Program-made: the position numbers and the translations under genes | Shown: in pieces, positions 46,116-56,477 of the stretch | How positions within the stretch are numbered: position 1 is the first letter of the stretch | Layout of the letters: each line of letters starts with the position of its first letter | The notes under the pieces: model-generated | Told to the model about the DNA's origin: nothing | The model's database searches: none | What the model saw: the letters and a program-made list of their open reading frames with translations, nothing else | Origin: Planctomycetota bacterium | GTDB taxonomy: Bacteria; Planctomycetota; B15-G4; SIAN01 | Direction: 5' to 3' | Assembly (NCBI GenBank): GCA_028289345.1 | Contig: JANQQL010000005.1 | Location: 291,012 to 355,011, forward strand | Length of the DNA: 64,000 bases

Positions 46116-46650
46116 CCACCTTGGTCATCGAACCTCGGAGCCGCTGCATACCGCGGCGGATGCGTGTTTTGACGGTTCCCAAGGGTAGGTTTGTTTGACA
46201 AGCAATGTCTTCGTGGGTCAGCCCTCCGAAGTAGGCCGCCAAGATGGCACTTCGTTGCTCTTCGGTCAGCGAGTCCAGGGCCCGATGAGCCGCCGCCGCA
46301 CGCTCCTTCTGTTCGAGCCTCGGGGCGAAATCTCCGACCTTCGCGAGCTGATCCATGCTGTCTGTGGAACCGGGCGCTCGGCTCCGCCGTCGGTGATTGT
46401 CCCGCGCCCGCGATCGAGCGAGTAGTGTCAGCCACCCTCGCACCGAGGCTCGAGCGGGATCGAACTGGCGGGCCCGCTTCCACGCTTCGAGGAAAACGTC
46501 CTGCAACACGTCTTCGGCGGCCTGGTGATCCCTCAACATCCCAACGAGAAGCCCGAACACACGTCGCGAATGGCGATCGTACAGTTGAGAAAACGACGCC
46601 CGGTCGCCCTTCGCCATGCATCGGATCAAGTCTTCGTCGGGTGTGCTCAC
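46096..46650 (-). CDS. ECF RNA polymerase sigma factor
   Basis: Region 2 (AEDVLQDVFLEAWKRARQFD); region 4 HTH (LTHEDIACQTNLPLGTVKTRIRRGMQRLR). Confidence 0.85.
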   Translation of the reverse strand: MSTPDEDLIRCMAKGDRASFSQLYDRHSRRVFGLLVGMLRDHQAAEDVLQDVFLEAWKRARQFDPARASVRGWLTLLARSRARDNHRRRSRAPGSTDSMDQLAKVGDFAPRLEQKERAAAAHRALDSLTEEQRSAILAAYFGGLTHEDIACQTNLPLGTVKTRIRRGMQRLRGSMTKVDGVSSK

Positions 46651-47041
46651 CGAGGGACTCCCAGGGCATGCTCATTCCGGCGGCCCTCGCTCCGGGCCAA
46701 GAACAGCAGGCCACGGGCAACGAGACTGGTCAGAAAGCATAGCCAAGGGGTCTCACGAAGAGCACGAATTGCGGAAACGGCTCTCTCCGGATGGATCGCT
46801 TCCAAGCACCCATGGAGAGGCCACGCGAGGTACGAACGGGCGGCCGGAATGGATTCACCCTTGCCGACTTTTCTCCGATTCTCGCGCGGCTCCCCGGCCG
46901 GCGACTCGCTAGGGAGCCCCGGTTTCAGGGACTCCCAGGCAAGATTGGGAGGCGCGCCTCTCGGCCGGATGATTCATGAAGGCTGTCGGGAGAATGAGTC
47001 AAAGTTGTTTCTGGCGAGGACTTCTGGCGACTTTCACGGAG

Positions 47042-47066
47042 CCGCTCGCCCCCATCGGGCGAGCGG
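47042..47066 (-). terminator. GC-rich hairpin (10-bp stem CCGCTCGCCC / GGGCGAGCGG, 5-nt loop) about 130 nt downstream of the flotillin stop; no U-tract
   Basis: Read directly at 47042-47066; there is no T-rich tract after it. Confidence 0.25.
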
Positions 47067-47198
47067 TGCCTCTGACAATCCGTTGAGGATGGAGCGCATC
47101 GTAAGGACGAAGCCAGAGGCGATGCGCGATTCGTGACCCAACCGTGCTGGCGAACGCAAGCCATTGATCAGGAACCGGGTGACCGTACGAACGTTCTC

Positions 47199-48854
47199 TC
47201 AACGACCTGACTGTTCGTCGGGGCGAGGCTTGTTCTTCTTGCGCGATTCGTCCTTTGGGGGTTCGCCCTTGTCCGCCGCTTCCGCGGAGGAACTGACAGG
47301 CGCGAGCTCCTTCTTGTCCTCGTCCTCGACGCCCACCAACTTGCCGAAGAACTCCGGCATCTCGACTCCGCCGACATCCTTCATCATGCTGAGCATCGGC
47401 GGCAGCGAACCCGCCAGGCCGTTGAGAAATCCGGCAGTCGCGCTGCCCTTCCCGTTCCCATTCCCATTGCCACCGTCCCACACCACCACCTTGTCGAACT
47501 TGATGTTGGAGATCGCCTTGGCCGCGTTCTCAGACAGGGTGTTGAGGTGCTCCAGCATGAGGAGCTGGAAGGCTTCCTGCGATCCGCCGCAGCCTTCCAC
47601 GATCTGCTTCAAACCTTCGGCTTTCTTGGCAAGGATCTCGTACTGCCCCTTCGCCTCCGCTTCGAGTCGAGCAAAGATCGCCTGAGCTTCCCCTTCGGCT
47701 TCGATGCGACGTCGTTCCGCTTCCGCTTCGGCATCCACGATCTGCTTGGCCTTGCTCGCTTTGGCAACGGCTTCGAGTTCGGCACGCTTCTCATGCTCGA
47801 TCTTCGCAGACAACGCCTCGGCCGCCCGAGCGTCTGCCTGGTATTGCGCTTCGCGAACAGCAGCTTCCGCCTCCCGATGGCGGGTTTCCCCCGCCTGATA
47901 GGCATCGGCCTCCTTGATGCGCAAGGTCGCGTTGACTTCGGCGACCTTGGCCTTCGCGAGGTTTTCGCCGGTGACCGCCGAGGCGTTGGCATCCGCCACG
48001 GCGATTCGCATGGATTGCTCTGCTTGCTTGATCTGAGCTTCTCGCTCCAGCGCCGCGGTCTCCTGGCCGACCACCTTTTCCTTTTCGAGCTCGGCCACTC
48101 GCACCGCTTGTTCGCGGTTTGCTTGGGTGGTACCGATTTCCCGGAACTTGTTGGCATTGGCGACTTCCACCGCCCGTTCCTTTTCGGCATCCGCCACACC
48201 AATGGCGCCGCGCTTCTGCTGTTCGGCGACGTCGATCTCGGCCTGCTGGATCGCCTCCGAGGCGGCTTTGCGTCCAATGGCTTCGATGTAACCCGACTCA
48301 TCGGTGATGTCCGTGATGTTCACATTGATGAGCACCAGGCCGATCTTCTCAAGTTCGGGCTCCAGAGACTTTTGCACGGCTTCGAGGAACTTGTCGCGAT
48401 CGCGATTGATGTCCTCGATGCCCATGGAGGCGATCACCTGACGGAGTTGACCAAAGATGATGTCTTCGGCCTGCTTCATGATCTCTTTGGTTTCGAGACC
48501 CAGGAGACGGATCGCTGCGTTCTGCATCGCCACACCGTCCGTGCCCACCGCCACAGTGAACACACTCGGAACGTTGACCCGGATGTTCTCGATGGAAAGC
48601 GCGCCCTTCAGAGGAATCTCGATCTGGATGGGATCCAAGGACAGGTAAGCGAAGTCTTGGAACAGGGGAATGACGAAGGCACCACCACCATGAAGGCAGC
48701 GTGCCGATTGTCCCTGACGGACCTTTCCGTAGATGACCAGGATGCGATTGCTGGGACAGCGCTTGTATCGCTTGATGATGAAAACAAGGAAACCGAGCAG
48801 GACAAGCGTGAGCGCAATGACAATGAGGACGTTGGGGTTCTCAAGCAGAGGCAT
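47199..48854 (-). CDS. flotillin / SPFH (band 7) family protein
   Basis: N-terminal TM (VLIVIALTLVLLGFLVFII), SPFH core, long Ala/Glu/Lys-rich flotillin helical region (EAEAERRRIEAEGEAQAIFARLEAEAKGQYEILAKKAEG), C-terminal GNGNGNGKG tail. Start trimmed to MPLLEN (48854). Confidence 0.9.
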   Translation of the reverse strand: MPLLENPNVLIVIALTLVLLGFLVFIIKRYKRCPSNRILVIYGKVRQGQSARCLHGGGAFVIPLFQDFAYLSLDPIQIEIPLKGALSIENIRVNVPSVFTVAVGTDGVAMQNAAIRLLGLETKEIMKQAEDIIFGQLRQVIASMGIEDINRDRDKFLEAVQKSLEPELEKIGLVLINVNITDITDESGYIEAIGRKAASEAIQQAEIDVAEQQKRGAIGVADAEKERAVEVANANKFREIGTTQANREQAVRVAELEKEKVVGQETAALEREAQIKQAEQSMRIAVADANASAVTGENLAKAKVAEVNATLRIKEADAYQAGETRHREAEAAVREAQYQADARAAEALSAKIEHEKRAELEAVAKASKAKQIVDAEAEAERRRIEAEGEAQAIFARLEAEAKGQYEILAKKAEGLKQIVEGCGGSQEAFQLLMLEHLNTLSENAAKAISNIKFDKVVVWDGGNGNGNGKGSATAGFLNGLAGSLPPMLSMMKDVGGVEMPEFFGKLVGVEDEDKKELAPVSSSAEAADKGEPPKDESRKKNKPRPDEQSGR

Positions 48855-49425
48855 GGATTGACTCGCCTTTCTCCGTGGCAACAACTTCCACGGTCCGGGG
48901 ACCTCGAACGCCGATGATCTGGACCTCTTCGCCCGTCGCGATCTCGGATCCCACCGTGACCGCCCGACATTCGATCGAGCGGCCCTGGACGGCGACGGTC
49001 ACCTTGCCGGCGCCCTTCTTCTGCGCAGGAATGCGGAGGTAGACCCGCGCGGTCGAGCCCACCGCATTCTGCAGCTCGACGTTGCCTTTTCCTTGGAGAG
49101 CCGTCAGCAGAGCCATCAGGTATCCGACCAAGGCGAACGCCGTCAAGCCCGAGGCGATCGCGATGATCAAGGACAGGGTGGAATTGAGCTCCCCGCGACG
49201 GCACGCCATTCCCGCCAGACCAAAGAACGTGAGGAACGCAACGAAGGTCTGAAACGTGAGAGCCTTGGCAAACACATTGCCATGCCCAAAGTCGCCCGGA
49301 TCCACATCCGAGAAATCCGCCCCCGCGTCCGCATCGACGTCCCCGATCCCCAGGATCAGCAACACCGTCTGCGCCACGAGAATGGTGCCCCCCACCACCG
49401 AACACCAGAAAAAGAGCGACTCCAT
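48841..49425 (-). CDS. NfeD-family membrane protein (flotillin partner, YqiJ-like)
   Basis: MESLFFWCSVVGGTILVAQTVLLILGIG...; TM segments plus C-terminal beta domain (GKVTVAVQGRSIECRAVT...EEVQIIGV). Start 49425 after aaggagag; overlaps the flotillin start by 14 nt. Confidence 0.75.
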   Translation of the reverse strand: MESLFFWCSVVGGTILVAQTVLLILGIGDVDADAGADFSDVDPGDFGHGNVFAKALTFQTFVAFLTFFGLAGMACRRGELNSTLSLIIAIASGLTAFALVGYLMALLTALQGKGNVELQNAVGSTARVYLRIPAQKKGAGKVTVAVQGRSIECRAVTVGSEIATGEEVQIIGVRGPRTVEVVATEKGESIHASA

Positions 49426-49828
49426 GGGCTCTCCTTTCCGACTGACATTGGTCCCCCCGATGAACAGCGGGAGTCTCCCCGCAGGCCTCGGAGAGAGCGG
49501 ACCTTCCACGGTCATCCTACGCCCTGGGGTCGGCGGATATTCGAAGGGAAAGGGGGAAATCTGCCCCCTCTGCGTCCTCCCCCCTCTCCTTCCAATCCGA
49601 ACGCAAGTCGACCATCCACACGGCCCTTTCGAGACTCCCGAGGTTGTTGCGGCCCGGGAACCCAACGCTCCAAGGACGCTGTTCCCAAATCTCGACTTTT
49701 CTTGTTCATTCGGGAGCGCGAGGGAGCACGTGCCTGCCGGCGAACGCTGTTTCGCTGGCTCTCCGGACGCTCGGCGCCCGTGACGCCTTGGATCTCGTCG
49801 AGAACCGATCAAGGATGGGAGACTCACC

Positions 49829-51073
49829 ATGGTTCGTTTCGCGTGGACCTGCTGCATGCTCGCCTTTTCAACAACGGTTTCCGCTCAGGTGCACCTGGTC
49901 ACCACAGATGGGAGCGGAGACTTCTCCAACCTTCAGGTGGCGATCGACTCCGTCGGTCCCGGAGCAACCTTGCTCATTGGCTCTGACTTCGAGATCGACG
50001 GAACGTACCGGATCCGATCGTCACTTCAGCTACTGGCCGCCGACGGTGTCTCGCCGACGATCACCGGAGGGCACTCGCGAGAAGTGCCTGGCAAGAACCA
50101 AACGTCGGTGTTCTCCGTCCAGGCGACTCCGGATTCCACGGTGGTCTTCAGCGGGCTCACCATCGTGGGTCGCGACCGCTACGGCCACGGCTTCGGCACC
50201 GATGGCGTCACGGTGTTGACGGCCCGAGAAGTGCTGTTCGATGAAGTTCGCGTCCGAGGTGGGTCGTTGTTTCTCGACTCCTGTGAGATGGGAATCCGAA
50301 CTGGTGACGGCGTCAACTCTTCGAACAACGTGGACCAGTTGATCTTCATGGAGTCGAGCATCTATGCCGGCAGTCCCGCGGCGACGTACGCGAGTGGCTG
50401 CTGTCCCGAGATCCGAGGGGTCGCCGGTGGCACCGCCATTCGCGCAACTGTGGACGTCGACATCCATCACTGGTTCACCGACGCTTTCGCTGGACGCGGC
50501 GGCGATATCTTCTGGGAAGATGGGCTCTGCGGCGGGGCTCTGCCGGGCCCGGAGTACCAAGCCGGCGATGGCGGGCAGATCTGGACCGGCCACGTAATCA
50601 AGGACGAGCCGAGCCTCGGCAGCCACCCCAGCGCCGGGCTCTTGGAGGTCGGAGAAGGCGGGATTCGCCATTGGGATGCCATCGATCACCGCATCGGTCG
50701 CGACGGTCGAGAGGGAGACACCAACTCCGGCCTCTTCACGTTCATCGATCAAAGTTTCTACGTCGACCCTCTCCACGTCGGCGAAGAATTCGTGATGTCC
50801 GAGTTCACCCAGTTCCCATTCGAAGAAGCGGTGATCTACGCCTCGACGGGAATCCAACCCCCCATTCGCGGATACACGAATCCCTGGTTTCTCGGATTCC
50901 TCGGATTCGAATTCGTCGGTCGCTACCCCGTCGACGAGTGGCGTGGCGGGACCGTGTTCTTCACCGCCTCCCTTCCGGATGACCCGTTTCTCGTGGGATC
51001 GACGATGGCGCTGCAGGCGATCATTGATGACGACTACGTGACGAATCCGGTGATGCGGGTGATTCGGGAATGA
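49829..51073 (+). CDS. secreted right-handed parallel beta-helix (pectin-lyase-fold) protein, hypothetical
   Basis: Signal peptide MVRFAWTCCMLAFSTTVSAQ; GSGDFSNLQVAIDSVGPGATLLIGSDF... pattern typical of the PbH1/pectate-lyase fold. Confidence 0.6.
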   Translation: MVRFAWTCCMLAFSTTVSAQVHLVTTDGSGDFSNLQVAIDSVGPGATLLIGSDFEIDGTYRIRSSLQLLAADGVSPTITGGHSREVPGKNQTSVFSVQATPDSTVVFSGLTIVGRDRYGHGFGTDGVTVLTAREVLFDEVRVRGGSLFLDSCEMGIRTGDGVNSSNNVDQLIFMESSIYAGSPAATYASGCCPEIRGVAGGTAIRATVDVDIHHWFTDAFAGRGGDIFWEDGLCGGALPGPEYQAGDGGQIWTGHVIKDEPSLGSHPSAGLLEVGEGGIRHWDAIDHRIGRDGREGDTNSGLFTFIDQSFYVDPLHVGEEFVMSEFTQFPFEEAVIYASTGIQPPIRGYTNPWFLGFLGFEFVGRYPVDEWRGGTVFFTASLPDDPFLVGSTMALQAIIDDDYVTNPVMRVIRE

Positions 51074-51327
51074 TTCGGGGTGGCAGGAAGAGGCAGCCGA
51101 CGGCAGCCCGATTCCATGCTTCGAGAAATGTTGATCAAGGCCAATGGCCGGGTCATACCGACACCTGACCGGTCCTCTTTGTAACGCCGATCGCTGGGGG
51201 GCGATGCGCCCTCCGGCGATCTTTCAAAGTCAATCATCTGGAAGCAACGGGTGGGCAAGGATTCCTGGTTCATCGGCACCGACGCCGATCAACGAAGTCT
51301 CTCAACAGCCCTCAAAAACCCAAACGA

Positions 51328-51818
51328 TCACCATTGCCGGGATTCGCCTCTTTCCGTCAATCGCGCGCCAGCAGAGGCGTCCGAAACGATGAGGGTGGCA
51401 TGAGGAGCGGGATTGCCGGACGTGAGATTCGGCCCGCCGGCCCACACGAAGATCGCGCCGGAATCCGTGTTCGCCGCATCCGCGAGGATGCTCGGGCCGA
51501 CGATGTCGTCGACACCGTCGGCATTGACATCGCCGAACTGCAGGGGGGCGAGAGTGTTGGTCCCACCGAGTCTCATGCTCGCCTCCGGAGCAACGGAAAG
51601 CTCTCCGTCCGGAGCCACGTCCCCGGCAAGACCGGGCCCGCACTCCAGAGAGAGACTGCACCCGCGTTTTGCATCCCACCGCGATCTGCAAGGGAGGCTT
51701 CCAGAATGATCTCGAGCTGCCCATCTCCGGTGAGATCATGAAACGGAATGCCGCTTGTGCCGAGCTGATCGGACGGGACCGCTCCCACAGAATCGTCCTC
51801 GGCCAAAAGAGCGAACAT
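51328..51818 (-). pseudogene. FG-GAP repeat protein remnant, frameshifted (two overlapping ORFs in different frames)
   Basis: ORF 51573..51818 (FHDLTGDGQLEII...GAVSLW) and ORF 51328..51618 (FGDVNADGVDDIV...GAIFVW) each carry an FG-GAP-like repeat in different frames, with no start or signal for the second. Confidence 0.4.
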
Positions 51819-51827
51819 TTGCCTCCG

Positions 51828-52544
51828 CTAAAGAGGAAGACTCAGCACCTGCGGACGAATCTGTTCGTAGAGCTCGTCGACCCAAGGCACCGGTGCCGCG
51901 AGGTCGCTCGGCATCTCCGACTGACGAAAGTCCACCGGGCTGATGATCACCGGCACCCCCCTCCACCCGGCGTCGGCCGCAAGAACGAACAGCTCCTCGA
52001 CCACCTCATCTCCCATCGCCAGGCAACCAATGGACACCTGATCTCCGTGAATCATGATGTCGCCGCCCAAGTCTTGTCTGCCGTCTCGCCCCCCTTGCTG
52101 CCGATCGAATGCGTTGGGATAACTCACACGCAAGGACAGGTGGAAGCGACTGTTCGGGTTGAGGGATTCGATCTCGTAGATTCCTTCCGGAACCTGGCGG
52201 TCGCCTTCTCGGAGTTTGGGACCGAGCGCTCCACTGGCGGCAAGAATGGGATAGGTCAGAGTCCGTCGCCATGACCCGGACGTGTTGGCGGCGTAGACTT
52301 GGAGTTCACGCTCGCTCTTGAACGCCGCAAGAAGAAGTCGATCCGGAGGGTAGTCCACTTCCGCCGCTGCGAAGTGCCCAGCCATTCGCCCGCGAGCGTC
52401 CCGGCCGAACTCGGCGACCCGCGCCGAAACTGTCGATCTTCCCAGAAGTCTCACCTTCACCGTGTGAACCAGGCCCGGTCGTGCGACAAGAACGAGTGTC
52501 CCGATCAGCACGCCGGCGCCGATTGCATACCGTCCGTAAGGCAT
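51828..52544 (-). CDS. L,D-transpeptidase (YkuD/ErfK family), membrane-anchored
   Basis: N-terminal TM (IGAGVLIGTLVLVA); catalytic IMIHGDQVSIGCLAMGD (conserved His and Cys). Start trimmed to MPYGRY (52544). Confidence 0.8.
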   Translation of the reverse strand: MPYGRYAIGAGVLIGTLVLVARPGLVHTVKVRLLGRSTVSARVAEFGRDARGRMAGHFAAAEVDYPPDRLLLAAFKSERELQVYAANTSGSWRRTLTYPILAASGALGPKLREGDRQVPEGIYEIESLNPNSRFHLSLRVSYPNAFDRQQGGRDGRQDLGGDIMIHGDQVSIGCLAMGDEVVEELFVLAADAGWRGVPVIISPVDFRQSEMPSDLAAPVPWVDELYEQIRPQVLSLPL

Positions 52545-52801
52545 AGGCACCTGCTTCGAGCTGAGCTGCGGACGGCGGCAGTTTACGCGGTTTCGGCGAG
52601 AGTCTGATGCGGCGCTGGCTCGCTCCGGGATTCCCTCCCCCTCCCCGAAGTCCCGAGGCCGGCAAGGCCAGAGCTTCCCGAGAAACCGAGGGCACCCAAG
52701 GTCCCCCCTTCCCCACCTGGTAGGCCAGCAACTTTTTCCCCCCTCGATAACCTCCAGCCCCGTCCCCGGTTGAATCGACAGTACGTCCGAAAGGACGTCT
52801 G

Positions 52802-53650
52802 ATGAGCTACCGTCGCGAGGACTACCCGGAAGTCGAGTCCGTTCCTTGGCTCGACCGGCCCGATGCACTCCAGTGCATTGACGAACGATTCAACGCGGGA
52901 GAGATCACCGCGGAGCAAGCAGAGGTGTGCCGCCACTTCCATTTGGAAGGATATGCGACTCTCGGAAGGGTCGTGCCCACGGAAACCTGCGAAGAGATCA
53001 ACACGGACGTCCAGCGGGTGTTCGACCAGTGGAAGCACCTGCCCTTCCAGGAACTTCGTTTCAAATTCCAAGACATGTACCACGAGTCCCCCGCGTCGGT
53101 TCGCGCGTTGAAGCACCCGGATCTGTTGGCTTGGCTGGACCTGCTCCTGGGCCGGCGCATGATCCCGTTCCAAACCCTGAACATGCCGATCAGCTCGCAG
53201 CAAGGCGCCCACTCCGACGCGATTCTCATGAGCACTCAGCCGCCGAACTTCATGTCTGCGGCTTGGATCGCCCTGGAAGACGTGCAGAAGGATGCGGGCC
53301 CCGTCGCGGTCGTGCCCCGCAGCCATCGCTTGCCCTACATCAGTGCCAAAGACATCGGCATCCCCCGAGGCGCCAGCGACGAAGAAGCCGGGGTGATCTA
53401 CGACGAGAAGTACTACGACTTCATGAGCGAGCGTTTCCAGAAAGCCGGACTCTCGCCGGTGCCCTACCTGGGCAAGCAGGGCGAAGTTTTGATCTGGCAC
53501 TCGAACCTCGTGCATGGGGCTTACCACTGCGAACGGGAAGGCACGACTCGGAACAGCTTGATCGTGCACTACTTCGCCGAAGGCGTCGAAACCTACTCAG
53601 ACCTGTGGGAACGCAAGCTCGAGTTCCCCGACGCTCTTGCTCGGGATTGA
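52802..53650 (+). CDS. phytanoyl-CoA dioxygenase (PhyH) family Fe(II)/2-oxoglutarate oxygenase
   Basis: HSD...H pattern (GAHSDAIL ... HSNLVHGAYH) and overall PhyH-like length and context. Confidence 0.75.
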   Translation: MSYRREDYPEVESVPWLDRPDALQCIDERFNAGEITAEQAEVCRHFHLEGYATLGRVVPTETCEEINTDVQRVFDQWKHLPFQELRFKFQDMYHESPASVRALKHPDLLAWLDLLLGRRMIPFQTLNMPISSQQGAHSDAILMSTQPPNFMSAAWIALEDVQKDAGPVAVVPRSHRLPYISAKDIGIPRGASDEEAGVIYDEKYYDFMSERFQKAGLSPVPYLGKQGEVLIWHSNLVHGAYHCEREGTTRNSLIVHYFAEGVETYSDLWERKLEFPDALARD

Positions 53651-53672
53651 CCACCACCACCGACCATCAGAG

Positions 53673-54491
53673 TTACGGCAAGCCCGTCAGCAAGTCCGAA
53701 AGGCGATGCTCACTCCTCAGAAACTGGGTGGGCGAGGTGCCGGTGAATGAGCGAAACTCGCGGACCAGATGAGCCTGGTCGTAACAGCCCACCGCCTGAG
53801 CCACTTGTGACCACCGGGGCTTGGGATTGCTGCGCAAGTGATCAAGGATCCGTTGGAAGCGCACCTGACGGCTGAAGAGCTTGGGAGTCAAGCCGACGCT
53901 CTGGGCGAAGCTGCGGTCCAGGGTTCGGCGACTGGTGGAAAGCTGGCGGGTGAGATCTCCCAATGACATCTGACCGCCGCTGCGACGAATCACTTGCACG
54001 GCAGCCTCTGCCAATCCGTCGATGGGGCCTACCCGATCGCGTTGCTGCAACAACACGGTGTCGGCGATCTTGACCCGCGATGACGCATCCATGGCTTCGG
54101 GAAGCCTTGTTTCCAACTCGTTCAGGACTGGCCGTGCCGACAGCTCCCCGACCTCGACACATTGATCCGTGAGCGGATGCATCGCGTCCCGCAACCATGG
54201 CGAGCATCCAGAGGGGCGAAATCGAATGGCAAACACCGAGATCGGACCGGTGGGCGCGACCCGCATGGCGGCGCGAAGCTGACCGACGACAAAGGTCCGC
54301 GGCTGATGGAGGAGCCCCCCCGACGAGCTGATCTGCTGGTAGGGCGTCCCTAGCTGGAAAATCCACTCTGCGCACCCGTCCGGCACGATGGTCTCGACGT
54401 TGCCAGGCTCCGGCTGGGGATCTTCGAGCACCCAGTAGCACTGGATGTACCGGGCGAGATGCAGACTGGGGGCAAACTCTCGATAGTCCAT
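53673..54491 (-). CDS. AraC-family transcriptional regulator
   Basis: C-terminal double HTH (TRQLSTSRRTLDRSFAQSVGLTPKLFSRQVRFQ...HLVREFRSFTGTSPTQFLRS). Confidence 0.85.
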   Translation of the reverse strand: MDYREFAPSLHLARYIQCYWVLEDPQPEPGNVETIVPDGCAEWIFQLGTPYQQISSSGGLLHQPRTFVVGQLRAAMRVAPTGPISVFAIRFRPSGCSPWLRDAMHPLTDQCVEVGELSARPVLNELETRLPEAMDASSRVKIADTVLLQQRDRVGPIDGLAEAAVQVIRRSGGQMSLGDLTRQLSTSRRTLDRSFAQSVGLTPKLFSRQVRFQRILDHLRSNPKPRWSQVAQAVGCYDQAHLVREFRSFTGTSPTQFLRSEHRLSDLLTGLP

Positions 54492-54683
54492 GGAGCCTCA
54501 GAGATAGGAACCGGCGACGCGACCATGATAGCCCGCGATCCCTCGCAGGGTGGATCTCACCAGGGTGCGGATTGACCGGGTTCGAAGCAGTTGTGGCGCG
54601 TTTTTCCAAGCGCACCTGCCGGGGGTGACCTACTCTTTTCGCCGCTAGAGAGTCTCTCGAAACCCCGATCCCGAAAGCACTTC

Positions 54684-55226
54684 ATGAAGACCCGCTTCCG
54701 CCTCTTGATCCTCGGCCTGTCGTCCAGCTTCCTGGCATTCGCGGGGACCCTGCAATTGTTTCCCAGTGCCATCGCCAACCCGGCCTCATTCAACGCCGAC
54801 TCGGTTCCGGCCAGCGTCGACGACCTCGCCTGGATGAGCGGTCGCTGGATCCGCGAGGACAAAGGCCAGTTCCTCGAAGAAACCTGGACCGAACCAGAAG
54901 GGGACGCTTTGGTCGGCATGTTTCGTTGGGCTCGCCAAGGCAAGTTCTGGTTGTACGAGCTGATGTCCATCGAAGAGGAGAACGGTTCCTTGGTGTTCCG
55001 GCTGCGCCACTTCAATCGTGGCCTGGAACCATGGGCCTCGGAAGCCTCGGGTCCGCTCACCTACCCACTCGCTTCTCTCGAAGAGAACAAAGTGGTGTTC
55101 GAGAACCCGGAACGCGACTCCCCCCGCCGCTTCGTCTATGAGCGCAACGATGAACAACTCACCATCAAGATGCAGGGCGAGTCCGAGGCTGGTGGTGACG
55201 TCTTCCGTTTCGATCTGGTGCCGTAG
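54684..55226 (+). CDS. secreted hypothetical protein (lipocalin-like / DUF6265-type)
   Basis: Signal peptide MKTRFRLLILGLSSSFLAFAG; about 155-aa body; divergent from the AraC gene. Confidence 0.5.
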   Translation: MKTRFRLLILGLSSSFLAFAGTLQLFPSAIANPASFNADSVPASVDDLAWMSGRWIREDKGQFLEETWTEPEGDALVGMFRWARQGKFWLYELMSIEEENGSLVFRLRHFNRGLEPWASEASGPLTYPLASLEENKVVFENPERDSPRRFVYERNDEQLTIKMQGESEAGGDVFRFDLVP

Positions 55227-55232
55227 CCGAAA

Positions 55233-56477
55233 TCATCCATCGACCCACTCGGTCTTTGGTCTCGCATCCTCAGGAAGGGCTGGGTTTGTAAGGACGCCCA
55301 CATCCGCTGGCGTCTCGCCGCCCCACGGAGGCAGGGTGAACGAGAAGGTGCTCCCTTTTCCGACCACGCTGGTCGCCTGAACGCGGCCCCCATGGGCTTC
55401 CACCAAACGGCGCACGACGGCGAGCCCCAGACCGGCACCACCCGTGAGACGATCGCGGGCTCGATCGCGGCGATAGAAGCGTTCGAAGATCCTCGTCAGA
55501 TCCTGGGAGGGAATTCCCGAACCGGTGTCTGCAACGGAGACCTTTACAAAGTCTCCCACCATTCTTCCGGTGACGGTGATCTCCCCCTCCGGCGGGGTGT
55601 GGTGCCACGCGTTCTCGATCAGGTTGCCCAGAACCTGGCGGAGACGAGCGGGATCGGCATCCACCCGCGGTACTTTCCCGTATGCCAACCGAACTCTTGC
55701 CCGAGTCGCTCCGCGAATCTCCAAAGAAGCCAGCAGAGCGTCGGTCTCTCGCTCCAGATCGAGCGGCATTCGATTCAAGCGCAGCTCTCCTGCGTCGGCC
55801 AGTGCCACATCTTGCAGGTCTTGAACAATGTTCTCGAGTTGTCGGAGGTTGTCGTGCAGATGGGAAAGGGTCTGTGGCGAGGCTGCCAACAGCCCGTCTT
55901 GCATCGCTTCGGTTTGAGCACGAAGAGCCGTCAACGGCGTACGTAGCTCGTGAGACACGTCACTCAAGAGATGGCGGCGTCGTTTCTCTTGGCTCGCCAG
56001 CTGCTGGACGAGCTGCTGGAATGACAACTCCAACTCGGCCACTTCCGAGATTCCTCCCACTTGCAGGCGCGGGAGAGGCTCTCCGCGACGCAGGCGTCGG
56101 GTTGCCACGGTGAGATGGTGCAACGGATCAACGATTCCACGAGACAACCAAACGGTGGCGAGGCCGGCCAGGATCAAGATTCCAAACAGAGAAATGCCTA
56201 GCGTTTGGTCGAACTTCCACTGGGCTTCCTCGTGGCGATGCAATGGCTCCAACGCCGGGGGATTGAGCGAGAGACTCTCCTCGGTTTCCCGATGCCAGCG
56301 ATCTCCGGCAACCAGAAACGAGAATCCTTCGGACGCCGCGCGGCGCGACACCCAGGCCACAGTTCCCGCGACCACAACACAGCAGAGTCCGATGGTCAGG
56401 AACAATCGTGTCCGAAGACTCAAAGCCCGAGAAGGGCCACCCAGCCATTCGGTGATCTTCCTGAGACGAGACATCAC
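55233..56477 (-). CDS. sensor histidine kinase (two TM, HAMP, HisKA, HATPase)
   Basis: H-box LSDVSHELRTPLTALRAQTE; N-box GNLIENAWHH; G-boxes (DTGSGIPSQDLTRIFERFYR; GGAGLGLAVVRRLVEAHGG). Confidence 0.9.
   Translation of the reverse strand: MMSRLRKITEWLGGPSRALSLRTRLFLTIGLCCVVVAGTVAWVSRRAASEGFSFLVAGDRWHRETEESLSLNPPALEPLHRHEEAQWKFDQTLGISLFGILILAGLATVWLSRGIVDPLHHLTVATRRLRRGEPLPRLQVGGISEVAELELSFQQLVQQLASQEKRRRHLLSDVSHELRTPLTALRAQTEAMQDGLLAASPQTLSHLHDNLRQLENIVQDLQDVALADAGELRLNRMPLDLERETDALLASLEIRGATRARVRLAYGKVPRVDADPARLRQVLGNLIENAWHHTPPEGEITVTGRMVGDFVKVSVADTGSGIPSQDLTRIFERFYRRDRARDRLTGGAGLGLAVVRRLVEAHGGRVQATSVVGKGSTFSFTLPPWGGETPADVGVLTNPALPEDARPKTEWVDG

Noticed and set aside
46525-47136. 203-aa plus-strand ORF in the sigma/flotillin intergenic region, and similar Arg-rich ORFs (250..960, 254..1051, 2901..4169, 10759..11658, 31718..32914)
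   Set aside because: They show extreme Arg/Pro/Ser bias with no motifs, and they overlap better-supported genes or lie in GC-rich non-coding DNA. They are frame artefacts.
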